Part shown: piece after piece, positions 1-12,990 of the stretch
Numbering within the stretch: position 1 is the first letter of the stretch
How the letters are laid out: every line of letters begins with the position of its first letter
Assembly (NCBI GenBank): GCA_951406725.2
Contig: OX597821.1
Location: 88,722,001 to 88,786,000 of the forward strand
Length of the DNA stretch: 64,000 nucleotides
From: Octopus vulgaris
Lineage: Eukaryota
Direction: 5' to 3'
Position numbers and translations under genes: made by a program
Notes under the pieces: generated by a model
Told to the model about the DNA's origin: nothing
The model's input: only the letters and a program-made list of their open reading frames with translations
Database searches by the model: none

Positions 1-1298
1 GGTTTCCCATCAAGTTTTCCGAATTAGTTGTTTTCACTTTTTGATGCACAGTTAATACTGTACAAGTATGGTCCAATATTTCGTATTTTGATTCTATTTC
101 ACTCTTGGCAAAATGTTTTGTTTTCTTAAGGTGTTGACGTATTGTTGATTTCATCCTGTTTTGATCAATATTTTGTATTAGCAGTTTGTGGATGCAAGTA
201 TTTCATTATGTAGTGTGTATGCATGTATGTCATTATGCATTGCGTATGCATTGTGTATGCATGTATCTATGTATGTAAAATAGGTTTGCTAGTCTGAATG
301 TATGAATGCAATTGTTTTACTGAGACGAATATGTAAGTGTAAACTGCTTTTAATTTTCCAATTTCTCTCTGAGATAGAAAGATGCAAAATCTGAAGCAAA
401 TCACTCTCTCATTGAAAATTTATTGTACATTAACTTAGTAGTTATATATATCTATTTTGGAACGGTGGGTCTTGATGTACATAGAGCTATAAATAATAGC
501 GACAAATATTGGTTTGAGAAACCACTTTTAGATAGAGACAAGTTCGAAGGCTCTATACATAAAATGCTTCGACATTAAACAATTTATCGTTTACTCACAA
601 GAAAAAAAGCATTTTCATTGTAATTTATACCGCAGCAACGTCATAGTCAATTGCTTGTTATGTATGCATATAATACATCTATCATCCATGTTGTTCCGGT
701 TTATATACATTAATTGTGACTAACAGAGAAAGTAAAGTTAGCAATCCAAGTTTTTGCACTGAAAATTCTGCAACACACAGTAGTTGTTCATGTATAGATG
801 CAATTTCGCAGATATATATATTTGCATGAATTCCTGCATTTAATAATACATGTAGAACTATATATTTGGAATCTCCGTGTGTTCGATATTTGCAAGTTCA
901 TACTTAATATACTTCATATTTATTACCTCAGTTTAAACTTCTGGAATGTCTTAAACATATTCACAGTTCCATTAAGCGCGCGTATAATAAATCCATGCCC
1001 GTATTGGGTTTAATTTCGAAAAGCCAAAATTTTCAATATTAGGGCTACGGCAAGGTAATCACCTAAACAAGTTCACTAATAATCAGAGATATAAAAAGTA
1101 TTCAAGGTTGAGATTTGAGATCTGTTATTTTCGCATTAGTTCAGACTATATGATTGTTTTTTTGTTTTACCATTCATGTTATGCTGCATTCTGTCTCTTA
1201 ATATCAGCCTCTCAGTCTCTATATACGAGCGCATGATTCAATGTGCTGCTACATGGTGGAGTGGATAGAGGGATGGTTTGGCAAATATATATATATAT

Positions 1299-1711
1299 AG
1301 GCGCAGGAGTGGCTGTGTGGTAAGTAGCTTGCTTACCAACCACATGGTTCCGGGTTCAGTCCCACTGCGTGGCATCTTGGGCAAGTGTCTTCTGCTATTG
1401 CCCCGGGCCGATCAATGCCTTGTGAGTGAATTTGGTAGACGGAAACTGAAAGAAGCCTGTTGTATATATGTATATATATATATATATATGTGTGTGTGTT
1501 TGTGTGTCTGTGTTTGTCCCCCCTAGCATTGCTTGACAACCGATGTTGGTGTGTTTACGTCCCGTCACTTAGCGGTTCGGCAAAAGAGACCGATAGAATA
1601 AGTACTGGGCTTCCAAAGAATAAGTCCCGGGGTCGATTTGCTCGACTAAAGGCGGTGCTCCAGCATGGCCGCAGTCAAATGACTGAAACAAGTAAAAGAG
1701 TAAAAAGAGTA
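1299..1711 (+). mobile_element. tRNA-derived SINE family A, full length, with internal (TA)n(TG)n tract
   Basis: Head AGGCGCAGGAGTGGCTGTGTGG (A-box-like) and GGTTCAGTCCC (B-box-like); 3' tail GTAAAAGAGTAAAAAGAGTA; nearly identical to 32280-32708 and homologous to 6 other copies in the window. Confidence 0.9.
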
Positions 1712-2673
1712 TATATATATATAAAAGAAGTTTGAAAACGCCACTATATAAGATAAATTTTAATTTTCTTAGAGATTTTACATGTTTCGGTTACTCTGGA
1801 AAAAGACCAACCCTATCAAAAATATTTTAAAAGGTTAAGTGTAATATAAAAGTTGATAATTGTTTCTTACTAGTCTCAAGAGAGTCCACTTGGTGGTGTA
1901 GTGTGGTGGGGGGAGCTTAATGGCAGTCTTGTGCGTTGACTTGAAACGTTCACTGTAATCGTGAAAGTAACCGTTGGTCGTAATAGCAGTAGTAGCAGAG
2001 ACCATTGGTCGTAGTAGTAGTGACCGTGGTGGTGGTGGTGGTGGTGGTTGGAGTTGCAGTATGAGTGGAAGTGACCGTTAGTGTATGTATCTATCTATCT
2101 ATCTATCTATCAACCCATCGATATATATATATCACCGCTCCTTTTCTCTTTCTCCTCCTCCTCCCTCTCGTCGCTGACATGTGACCAGAGGGTTACTTTC
2201 TTTCTGACTACTGCCTTCAAAAAGTGTAGACGGCTTTCCTGTCCCTCTCTTAAGCCGTTTTTTCAAAGCGTTCTAAGTAATTTTTATTTTCGTCTTGGCT
2301 TAACAGCCCTCACCGTTTGTTTCTACTGTGTTATTCTCCTTGCCCTGTCTTTTACTGCTTTTATTCGTAGTTTTTACTGTCGTGTTTTGTTTTTACTGTC
2401 CTGTTCTTGTTACCAATTTTAACCCACCACAAAAAAACAAATTTCATTTAATTTATTTTGCGGGAAGGATTGTTTCAAGGAAATCGTGTCTTGTCCTTAC
2501 TTTCGAAACAAGGAGTAGATGAAACAGGGGCAGCTGAAGATTGGGAATATTCTTTGTGTTGCATGTCTTGTACACTGTTTTTCGTTGTTTGAAGAAAGTT
2601 CGTTTCCATGTTTTTTATGTTTTTGTTTCTCACTGTGCTCTACGTTTTTTTGGTGTCCTGTACCCATATGAGC

Positions 2674-3000
2674 TGAGACCCCCTTCAGTCATGACTGACC
2701 ATGGTATTGCACCTAGAAAGTTACCCTCCCAGGCACAAGTCCGGGCAAGGTTGTTTCTGGAAGGCCAGCAGTCGCCCATGCATACCGGCCTCCCCTCTCC
2801 ACGTCACTAGTGTTATCCAAGGGAAAGGAAAAAGCCGATACAGCTTGGCACTTGTGAGGTCGCAACTCATTTTTACAGCTAAGTGAACTGGAGCAACGTG
2901 AAATAAAGTGTCTTGCTCAAGAACACAACACGCAACCCGGTCCGGGATTCGAACTCACAACCTCACGATCGTAAGCTCGACTCTCTAACTACTGAGCCAT
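2674..3000 (-). mobile_element. tRNA-derived SINE, family C head/central domain with its own 3' tail
   Basis: Minus strand: TGGCTCAGTAG (A box), GAGTTCGAATCCC (B box), then TGTGTTCTTGAGCAAGACACTTTATTTCACGTTGCTCCAGTTCAC shared with 7911-8167 and 28156-28478. Confidence 0.85.
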
Positions 3001-3080
3001 GCATGTATATATACATATAGATGTAGGTATGTACATATATGGATGTATATATGCATATGTTTTATTTATTATTTTGTTAA

Positions 3081-3122
<42 letters not shown>

Positions 3123-3971
3123 TGTACGTATACATTTGAAGCGTACATACCATTGCGAATGTATATCTCTTTTCTGTTCTAAAATATATTTGTATTTAAA
3201 TATGGTTCTATGTACGTACGTGAATACGTATATATGTCACAAACTAAACCTCTAGAGGCGTAATCAATAATTTAATAAACACACATACAAAATGCGTAAA
3301 CATACAAACTGTACAGAGGTGTATGTTTACGCATATATATACATACATAAATATATATATATATGTATGTATATATATCATAAACATGCCTATATATGAA
3401 TGTGTGTGTATAATGCGCGTTTACAATTAACGCACAAAGCCCTAAATTATCAAAGCAATCACAATATTTCCAGTGGTGTGTTCAAGGAAATATATTAAAT
3501 TATTAAAAAATTATTAAAATTTTTAGGAAAGATTTATGCAATAAGTTAGCATATATGGACTGCACATAACGAATCTTCGTACGGCTTATCTATATATACA
3601 CCACTTACCACTCTTTCTGTATATATGTACACACAAACAGGAGATTATGTTGAATAATATCATAATTGACTGATCCTCCTGTATTTTCTTTTATACAAAG
3701 ACAAGATCTTTTCAGCACCGCTTCGCATAAATGTGTGTGTGTGTGTATTCCTGTCTATATGCCCGTATATGCATAAATGCATAACCATTTCGATAAACCA
3801 TGCCTATGTTCAAAACACTCTCAATGTAGCATTGAATAATACCTTACCAAAGGACCATATAACAAATAAACTTGTAAAGTGTCCAATTGCGTAAAATAAA
3901 AGAAATGGTAAAATGACAACTATCAAAGCTGTTAACGATAAAATCATGGAAAATATAATTAGCAAATATCT

Positions 3972-4387
3972 AGGCGCAGGTCTGGCTGTGTGGCAAGAAA
4001 CCTGCTTCACAAGGTGGCGAGTTGGCAGAAACGTTAGCACGCTGGGCGAAATATTTAACGGTATTTCGTCTGCCGATACATTCTGAGTTCAAATTCCACC
4101 GTGGTCGACTTTGCCTTTCATCCTTTAGGCGTCGATAAATTAAGTACCAGTTACGCACTGGAGTTGATGTAATCGACTTAATCTCCTTGACTCTCTTTGT
4201 CTGTCCCCTCTCTGTTTAGCCCCTTTTGGGCAATAAAGAAATAAGAAATAAGAAACTTGCTTCCCAACCACATGGTTCCGGATTCAGACACACTGCGTGG
4301 CACCTTGTGCAAGTTTCTTCTACTATAGCTTCGGACCGACCAAAGGCTTATGAGTAGGATTTGGTAGACTGAAATTGAAAGGAGCTC

Positions 4388-4446
<59 letters not shown>

Positions 4447-4496
4447 GTATATATATATATATGTATATGTATATATATATGTATATATGTATGTAT

Positions 4497-4576
<80 letters not shown>

Positions 4577-4817
4577 ATATATATACATGTATGTATATAT
4601 TTGTGTGTCTGTGTTTGTCTGTGTCTGTACTCCCGCCACCGCTTCACCACCGATGCTGGTATGATTATGTCGTTGTAAGCAAGCTGTTTGCAGAAAGTGA
4701 CTGATGTAATAAGTACTATGCTTACAAATAATAACTATTGGGGTCGATTTTTTCAACTAAAACCATTTAAAGCAGGATTCCAGCATGGCTGAATGATAAA
4801 CACTGTAACAAGTAAAA
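3972..4817 (+). mobile_element. SINE family A copy interrupted by a SINE B insertion; internal TA tract expanded to ~200 bp
   Basis: Head 3972-4012 resumes at 4250 (AAGAAACTTGCTTCCCAACCACATGGTTCC); body and tail align to 1299-1711. Confidence 0.85.
4013..4249 (+). mobile_element. SINE family B (type-1 tail) nested in SINE A
   Basis: GGTGGCGAGTTGGCAGAAACGTTAGCAC head, GAGTTCAAATTCC B box, GCCTTTCATCCTTT..GTCGATAAATTAAGTACCAG central domain, (AAGAAAT)n tail; 18-bp TSD 3995-4012 / 4250-4267 with 2 mismatches. Confidence 0.9.
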
Positions 4818-4939
4818 TATTAACAGAATAATAGAATCCCTCGTCCACTGGAAATCAGATATCAACATGATTTCGATAGTGTTACGACATTAAATGGCAT
4901 GAAAAATATAGAATAAGGCCTTCCAAAAATATAGAATAA

Positions 4940-5321
4940 TGCACAAACCCTGAAATTTTGGAGGAAGAGGATCGTCGATCATGTCGACCTCAGTGTGTCA
5001 CTCGTACTTGATTTGTCGACCCCGAAAGAATAAAAGGCAAAGTTGACCTCGGCGAAATTTGCACTCAGAACGTAGCGACAAGTGAAATACCTATTTCTTT
5101 ATTACCCACAAGGGGCTAAACACAGAGAGGACAAACAAGGACAGACATAGGTATTAAGTCGATTACATCGACCCCAGTGCGTAACTGGTACTTAATTTAT
5201 CGACCCTGAAAGGATGAAAGGCAAAGTCGACCTCGGCGGAATTTGAACTCACAACGTAACGCAGACGAAATACCGCTAAGAATTTCGCCCGGCGTGCTAA
5301 CGTTTCTGCCAGTTCGCCGCC
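4940..5321 (-). mobile_element. SINE B composite: full type-1 copy (5321-5092) followed by headless type-2 copy (5091-4940)
   Basis: Central domain occurs twice; minus-strand junction AATAAAGAAATA|GGTATTTC; flanks AAAAATATAGAATAATGC / AAAAATATAGAGCAATGC resemble a TSD. Confidence 0.85.
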
Positions 5322-5809
5322 TGGAAAAATATAGAGCAATGCTTGCAAAAACATTCAAACACAGACACACATATACACATGATATGTTTTATCTAAAAAG
5401 GCTGACAGCACTGTCAGGAAATGCTTTTTCTGTTTATGTACATAGGAATCATTCAATGAAAGCGTATTTCTATTAAGACTGTATATGGAAATTAATTTAG
5501 GTTAGAAATTGTGTATAACTGGAATAAGCGGGAAAGAATGTGCAATCAATATCAAAATATTTTCTTAACTATAATCTTTCAGAAATTTAAATATTCTGCA
5601 ACTACTTACTCTTTCAACCGGTATACACAGAGACAAGTTCTCCTGAAACATTTATTAGGAAAGCACTGAATAAAAAGGAGCAGAATGTTCAAAGTGAAGA
5701 AAGAGAACCTACTTTTATAGAACGGCAAAAAATATTCTATACAACTGAAGATGTAAGAATACGTCCAGAATACATGCATACACACATACACACAAGAATA
5801 CATATATGT

Positions 5810-5854
5810 ATGTATGTGCGTATATATATATATAAATATGTATATATATATATG

Positions 5855-5905
<51 letters not shown>

Positions 5906-5972
5906 ATATATATATATGTATGTATATATATATATATGTATGTATATATATATATATATGTATGTATGTATG

Positions 5973-6025
<53 letters not shown>

Positions 6026-6072
6026 GTATATATATATATGTATGTATATATATATGTATGTATGTATGTATA

Positions 6073-6121
<49 letters not shown>
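5810..6121. repeat. Compound (TA)n/(TATG)n microsatellite
   Basis: Direct inspection. Confidence 0.95.
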
Positions 6122-6125
<4 letters not shown>

Positions 6126-7259
6126 TTATTATTTTTTGTATGACCAGAACGACAGCATTTCACAGGCTGGAAGCCGTTAAATTTCATTCGAATGTGTGTA
6201 TGCATAAATTACCAACATATGCATATATATATTTATATGCGTGTATATACGAGTGAGTGTGCATGCGTATATCTGTGTTCATTTTTGTGTGCTTTTGTAA
6301 GTAAGCACATACAACACACTAACATGTCCTTTATTGCATCATTCTAGATTTCTAAAATATTCGGTAACAGAATGCTTCAAAAATATATCCCCTTCCAATG
6401 GATACAAAAAAATTTTTGAATGAGAAGCAAAATCATAAATATCAAACACAAAATTATTACTAGAAAAAAAAATATAATAGTAATAATTACAAAACCTGCC
6501 AAAATTTTAATACTGTATAAATAAGAAACTAAAAATGAAAAAGGTATGCAACATCGCTGCGTACAAAACAAAAATTCATATTATATGCATATCCATAAAT
6601 AAGAAGTGGAAAAGAAAAATTAAGTGGAAAGGAACGTCGTTATTTTGTTAAGATAATTGCTACTTTACTATATTCAGAAGATAAAAAAGAAAAGACAGAC
6701 AAAAAGGGAAGAATATATAAAGAGTCGAAAATATAAAAATAAATGAATGAATGAATGATAATGAATAACTCCATTATTCGTGAATGCCGTTAGATGATTC
6801 CTTAAACGAAAACGAAAAACTAAAAACACACAAAGGAGAGACCGGAGACGTTCTTCAAAACTAATTCAAAGATGTTGTGAGAAAACGAACTCAAAGAATA
6901 TGGACAGAGAACAGAACGCGTACTTAGATAATTAGATGTTATCCTCTAAATCATCGGCAATTAATCAAGAATGCATTTTATGAATGGAACCTGCCATAGC
7001 AATGCCTGGCAATGATGTATCGTAATTTGTGTGGGCCTTGGTTTGTGTTGTTGTTATCTTTTAAAAAATTATTTTACTCGTTTTCTTTCAATATTGTTAT
7101 AGTATTTCGTCTTGTTTTGCACTTACTGGTTTCTTTTATTTTTAATCCTTTGTAGTTGAGTATGTTCTTCGTGCTTTGGCTATTATCATTATCATTATTA
7201 TTTTTATTATTCAGATAACTCAGAAATCATCATTAGTTTTATCATCGTAATTATTTAAG

Positions 7260-7425
7260 AGAGTTAGAGTAGCAGAAATGGTAGAACATCGGTCAACTTG
7301 TCCTGTGTTATTTAGTGCATTCGTTTACTTCCCGAGTTCAAATAGCGTCGAAGTTAAAATTGAGCTTCACCGTTCTGGGTCCTTAAAATAAAGTAATAGT
7401 CAAATAATGAGGGCTTATACAATCA
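7260..7425 (+). mobile_element. Highly degenerate SINE B
   Basis: CCGAGTTCAAATAGCGTCGAAGTT and AAAATAAAGTAATAGT remnants of the B box and central domain. Confidence 0.5.
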
Positions 7426-7910
7426 ACTTCAACATTGTTATTATTTTTTTTACCTTGAGTGTATGCATGGAATATGTGCGATAAAATCATAGAACTCGTA
7501 ACAGCGACTTATAGTTTATAGCTGTTTACGAATGGCGTTCAAAGCTCGCTAATATCGTAATTAACTTACCCCTCTCGGAGGCCCGTAACATGGAAAACCA
7601 ATCCTGTACAATGGTCAATAGAGTAGAAATAACCGTTCCCCATGATTTGAATTCAACTTCATATGTTAACAATATATACATTTTTTTCCAGCTAATGATA
7701 CACAAATCTGAGGCCAATATGTATATCATCATTTTCTCCAGGATAGATGAAAAAAAGATTTTTTTGATTTCATTTATGCATGACTGGAGATCACCAATAC
7801 ACTGAATTTTAACTTATGAATCTACATTCGTTTCAGTATGGAATTATCATGGTGTCGACAGTTTTCGCTTGTTATCAATATATCATTATATTTTACTATA
7901 AACACAAGGA

Positions 7911-8167
7911 TGGAAACGCCTGGCTTAGTGGTTAGGGTGTCAGCATCATGATCGTAAGATTGTGGTTTCGATTCCTGGACCGGGCGACGCGTTGTGTTCT
8001 TGAGCAAAACACTTCAATTCACGTTGCTCCAGTCCACTCAGCTGGCAAAAATTAGTAACGCTGCGATGGACTGGCGTCCCGCCCAGCTGGGGAACACATA
8101 CGCCATAGAAACCGGGTCCATGAGCTTTACTAGGCTTTAAAAGGGCACCTTTATTAAAGAAAAAATA
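7911..8167 (+). mobile_element. tRNA-derived SINE, family C head/central domain with family D-like 3' half
   Basis: TGGCTTAGTGG A box, GGTTTCGATTCC B box; GCTGCGATGGACTGGCGTCCCGCCCAGCTGG..CATACGCCATAGAAACCGGG shared with 27140-27427; perfect 13-bp TSD ATAAACACAAGGA (7898-7910 / 8168-8180). Confidence 0.9.
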
Positions 8168-8189
8168 ATAAACACAAGGAGGGAATAGT

Positions 8190-8332
8190 CTATTGCATCG
8201 ATTCTAGTGCTTGACTGGAGCTTAATTCATCGACCTCCAGAAGATAAAAAGCAAAGTCGACCTCGGCGGAATTTGAACTCAGACCATAGCAACGGGCGAA
8301 ATACGGCAAATGATTCTGCCAGTTCACTGCCT
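8190..8332 (-). mobile_element. SINE B, partial and degenerate
   Basis: GCAAAGTCGACCTCGGCGGAATTTGAACTCAGA matches other SINE B copies. Confidence 0.75.
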
Positions 8333-9218
8333 TTATATCATTATCTGATAATGATCTCCATATTTATTATCAAAGTAAATATACTATAGAATCGTAAGAT
8401 TGTCAGCCAAAATGCCATATGTTTTAAAATTTAATCTCTTTCTACTGTGGCTTCAAATACTTTACACGTGATCATAACATTTCGTCCCCTCGTAATCGAT
8501 GAATAAGCTACCAGTAAAACAGCAGGGGTTGATTTAATCGATTTTACCCACCCCAACAAAAGGCAGTGGTTTCTGTTTATGTTTGAAATTGCTATTGAAT
8601 TAACACTGTATTAACCATGTTATTTTAAATGTATCATTGTATTCTATTTCTGTAGTTTGATTTCGTATAAATTCTACCTTGAAGCTTAGCTGCAGTCCAC
8701 TTTTCATTGTATTATCGAAACAATGACGATGACAGTGACAATGAACTCAATTGAATCGCTCAATGAAATAAGGTAACATGTGGTGAATAGAGCTATTGTG
8801 AAGGGTTGAATTTCCTAAGATTTCATTGCAAATAGATTAGCGTCTTAACTTCTATGCCACTATGTGGTCCTAATTGCTACCGCAATAAGTACCAATTTGT
8901 GAAAACAAAACGTGTGAGACATTACGTTGCTAATAAAAACAGTATAACACATTTTGGCGGAATTTATTAAACGAATTATGCGTCACCTCAAGGTGGAGAC
9001 ATAATTCTGTTGGTATTTGTGATGGTGATGTGGTCGAGGTGTTGATAATGCACTTGGTCATGATAGTGATTACGGCGGGCGGTGGTGGAGATCGAAATGG
9101 TGGTGCTTGCATAAGCGCTATTAGTAGTGACGCGTATGTTACTTAATTTCATAATGATGTTGATTATGATGATTAACATGATCGGAATGTTAGAAGTGGT
9201 GTTGGTGGTTGTGGTGGT

Positions 9219-9251
9219 GATGATGATGACGACGACGACGACGACGACGAC

Positions 9252-9289
<38 letters not shown>

Positions 9290-9308
9290 CGACGATGATG
9301 ATGATGAC

Positions 9309-9351
<43 letters not shown>

Positions 9352-9361
9352 GTGATGATGA
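9219..9361. repeat. Compound (GAT)n/(GAC)n microsatellite in a longer degenerate trinucleotide region (~9150-9700)
   Basis: Direct inspection; source of the poly-M/poly-I/poly-H pseudo-ORFs. Confidence 0.95.
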
Positions 9362-9819
9362 TCGTAATGATCATGATTGCAGTTCATAATGTTGGTGGTC
9401 AAGATAATTACATCAACAACGATATTGAATATTACACCAAAGATGAATGATGGAGAAGAGGGTGACGACAGTGGTGTCAAAGTTGGTAGGAACAACGGTG
9501 TTGCCGAAGGGACAGCAGTTGTGGTTGTGGTGATAATCATGGAAATAGTAATGACGGTTATAACGATCACAATGGTCATGTGGTTGAGGTTGGTGATATT
9601 GACGGCAGTAATGATATAGCTTGATTATGATTGTGATAATTAGGTGTATGATGATTAAGAAGCTCACGTTTATGATGATTACGATGAATATGAGGACAAG
9701 AATGATTTTGTTAATATTATCATTTATATTATCATCTTTCTCCTTCCCTTATTTCTTCTCCAAAATTCTTTAGTCTCTTACGTAGCAGCTTGTGGTTCGT
9801 TACAAGTGCACAGAATACC

Positions 9820-10048
9820 TATTTCATTATTACCCACAAGAGGCTAAGCATAGAGGGGACAAACAAGGACAGACATAGGTATTAAGTCGATTATATCGAT
9901 CCCAGTGCGTAACTGGTACTTAATTTATCGACCCCGAAAGGATGAAAGGCAAAGTCAACCTCGGCGGAATTTGAACTCAGAACTTAACGGCAAACGAAAT
10001 ACGGCTACGCATTTCGCCCGGCGTGCTAACGTTCCTGCCAGCTCGCCT
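9820..10048 (-). mobile_element. SINE B (type-1 tail), full length
   Basis: Matches 5092-5321; perfect 14-bp TSD GTGCACAGAATACC (9806-9819 / 10049-10062). Confidence 0.92.
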
Positions 10049-10723
10049 GTGCACAGAATACCACAGGAACAATGATCACGTTGTCCTCCACAATCTTTTC
10101 ATCTCAATTTATTAGGCATCCACTGTATTATGATATGAAATTGCAAAGTCTATGGTTTTATACCGTTTTTTCGTCTTCCCTACCATCATATGTGGTGTCC
10201 TTGCTTCAAAGCTGTCCCCACTCTTTATGGAGAAATCAAATAACACACTGTAATTATTATCCACTAACATAGTGTCATATTCGTACTCTTACCACTCTAA
10301 ATACATGCATTCTGCTATCATCTCAATGCATTTTTTAACGACACAGTCCGCCTGCATTTATACTCTTTATGTGTTAGCATACTGCATTCAGTTAGTTGAG
10401 AGTTAATGCATCGCTTTTCTTAGAGAATTTCCTCTCTTAGTTTTATCAAGTTTTTGCCCTTAACTAAATCATTCTAATGCACCACCTGTGCACCACGACC
10501 AGCTTCCAATGTCGTCAATTTTGCTTTTGCGGGAAATGGCCACTTAATTCATTCACTCTCTAGTTATTTGACTTCTTGTTTCCCATTCTGTTCTTGAATT
10601 TTCCACACTTTCAGAATGCTTTTGTATATTTCTAGTCGTAGATAAGACTACGCACAAAATAGTTTTCCAAACTTAATATTACAGTACAAAAGGCGTATTC
10701 TGCATTGAGCATTCTCCTGGCTC

Positions 10724-10724
<1 letters not shown>

Positions 10725-10774
<50 letters not shown>
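10725..10774. repeat. (TTTC)n microsatellite
   Basis: Direct inspection. Confidence 0.95.
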
Positions 10775-12402
10775 GCTCTGTAAGCAGAGATTGTCGACTT
10801 TACTATTAGGATAGTGCACCTTGTGCATTGAGAGGAACGTTCTGGTTTTTCTATCTAATTACTGTGGTTCACCTTTTAACCATTTTAGAAAAAGAAGCCG
10901 AGCAACTTAATATTGGAATCACCATGTATTCATTGATTCGATAATACCTCCTTACTTTAGTTTTATATTTTCCTCGGGCATCTGCCCAGTTCATTGCTTG
11001 TACCCCATTAGAAAATTTTCTCTCGTTTCTCTTCCCTTACCTTACCTTTCTACTGCGCCCCTAGGTACTTGAATCCATTCTTATTTCAGAGCAGTCTAAT
11101 GGTATCATTCTGTGGTAATGTTTTACCACTCGATTTAATGTTTGGGTCATTCTGCATAATTAGCAGTGCATTATTTACCCACACATAATGCATAATACGT
11201 ATCCTTTCTACATCGACGCGCTTTCGTGCTTTACCGACGATCGCGAGCACGAGAGCACGGAGCTCTCGGCCAGATGCAGGCGACGCACGGCAGCGCGGAG
11301 GAGAGGCGGAAAATCCTATCATAACCATCAATAACTCACGTAACTTTAAATGCTGTTCTGTGTAGTGTAGTGCATTTACATACTCTACACTACATCCCAA
11401 ACATACGGATCAATATTTACAAGTAGTTCATTGGCACACACACACACACACACACACATATATGTATATATACCTACACGCTGTATTTCTAAAAATTAAT
11501 TTTGTCTTCCAATGCTTTGAAAATATTTTGAGAAAAGCTAAAAGAATTTTTTAGTACCGTTCATTATAAATGTATATGTGAATGAATTCAATTAGGCTAG
11601 ACTCATATAAATACTTCAAACACGTCTTTAAAGATAAACATTAGTTAAATGAGTGAAATTTTCTTACCATTATACATACTTTTTGTTGTAACAATTCGCT
11701 GTGATAAAATATCTGCAAAGGAGCATAGAAATTTTTGTTTCGCGGATAGATTTACAGTTTTTGATGAAAGTTATGACATTAATTTTCTTCGTATATTGAA
11801 GAAAGATAATTACATCATCAACGCTTATATTTTTTCGTGATTGATGGGTTCCATACTGATGCTGTATTTTTATATAATCGAAGAAATTGAGATAAGTGTT
11901 CTATACTGGTTTACGTATATAACACATAAAGGAGAACGTATTATGTCATGTTTAGGTAGTATGTATTTGGATGTTGAAGTAGATATTAATTAAATTATAT
12001 ATTATATATATGCATATGTGTTTGTATGTGTGTATAATTTTTTTTGTGTACACATGGATGGAAGTAAGCGCAAGATATAATGAAATAAGAAGGAATAAAA
12101 ACAAATTAGTTAATTAATTGAATAAACAAAAAGTGTACGTTTATTAAGTGGAAGATATTGTACACCAAGCTACAGAAAATTAATCGGATTAGGATAAGGT
12201 TTTTATGTAAATGTAATAGACTTAATTTATCTTAGCACACACGCACACGCACACACACATACGCGCACACACATACACACAAACACCTTATGTATGTATG
12301 TATGTATGTATGTATGTATGTATGTATGTGTGTATGTCTGTGTGTGCGCGCGAGTTTACTTGTGTCTATATTTCTGTAGAAATATCTTTCTGAGTGTGTG
12401 TG

Positions 12403-12433
<31 letters not shown>

Positions 12434-12814
12434 CGCATAGGTATGTATGGATAAAAGTACATATATTTCTGTTGACAGCTGGGTAGATAGTTAACTAGTT
12501 TCGAGATACATACATCTTCGCAGCCATTGAAAATTTTAATGAAATTTTGATGGTATTCGGTTTTACTAATAGATTTGATATATTTCAATGTTCTTGCATT
12601 CATTTCATCCAATTCTACCATTTATAAATAATGTTTGCGGCAGAAACTAGTACTCTCACACTTTCTAATTTCTCTATTCTGTGTAATATTTCCGTTGAAC
12701 TGGTCCAGTTCACATTTAAAGTATTGTTAAGCTTTCTGATATATGCGAATTTTATATGGGTTGACATAGAGACTGAAGAAATTTCAATATCTACCGAGAG
12801 TAAGGCAATGAGAA

Positions 12815-12990
12815 GAAGGCAGAATCGCTAGCTTCGTGGCATTTCGTCTGTCTTTATTTTCTCAGTTCGAATTCCACCGAGGTCGACCTTGCCTTTCATC
12901 CTTTCAGTGTCGATAAAATAAGTACCAGTTGAGCACTGGCTTCGATGTAATCGGCTTAGCTCCTCCCCGAAATTGTTGACATTGTGCTAC
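12815..12990 (+). mobile_element. SINE B (type-2 tail), degenerate
   Basis: GTTCGAATTCCACCGAGGTCGACCTTGCCTTTCATCCTTTCAGTGTCGATAAAATAAGTACCAG. Confidence 0.8.

Noticed and set aside
2100-2668. Hammerhead in T-rich repeat-like segments (also 50685-51330)
   Set aside because: CTGAAGA/CTGAGGA and GAAAC are present but I could not build consistent stems; probably repeat remnants of unassigned family
4178-6256. ORFs rich in YI/IY/CV/HT repeats (also near 17 kb, 26-27 kb, 39 kb, 49-53 kb and 58-61 kb)
   Set aside because: Translations of (TA)n, (CA)n and (TATG)n microsatellites, which lack stop codons
8988-9667. Poly-His/Met/Ile ORFs
   Set aside because: Trinucleotide microsatellite open in several frames on both strands; no splice or codon evidence
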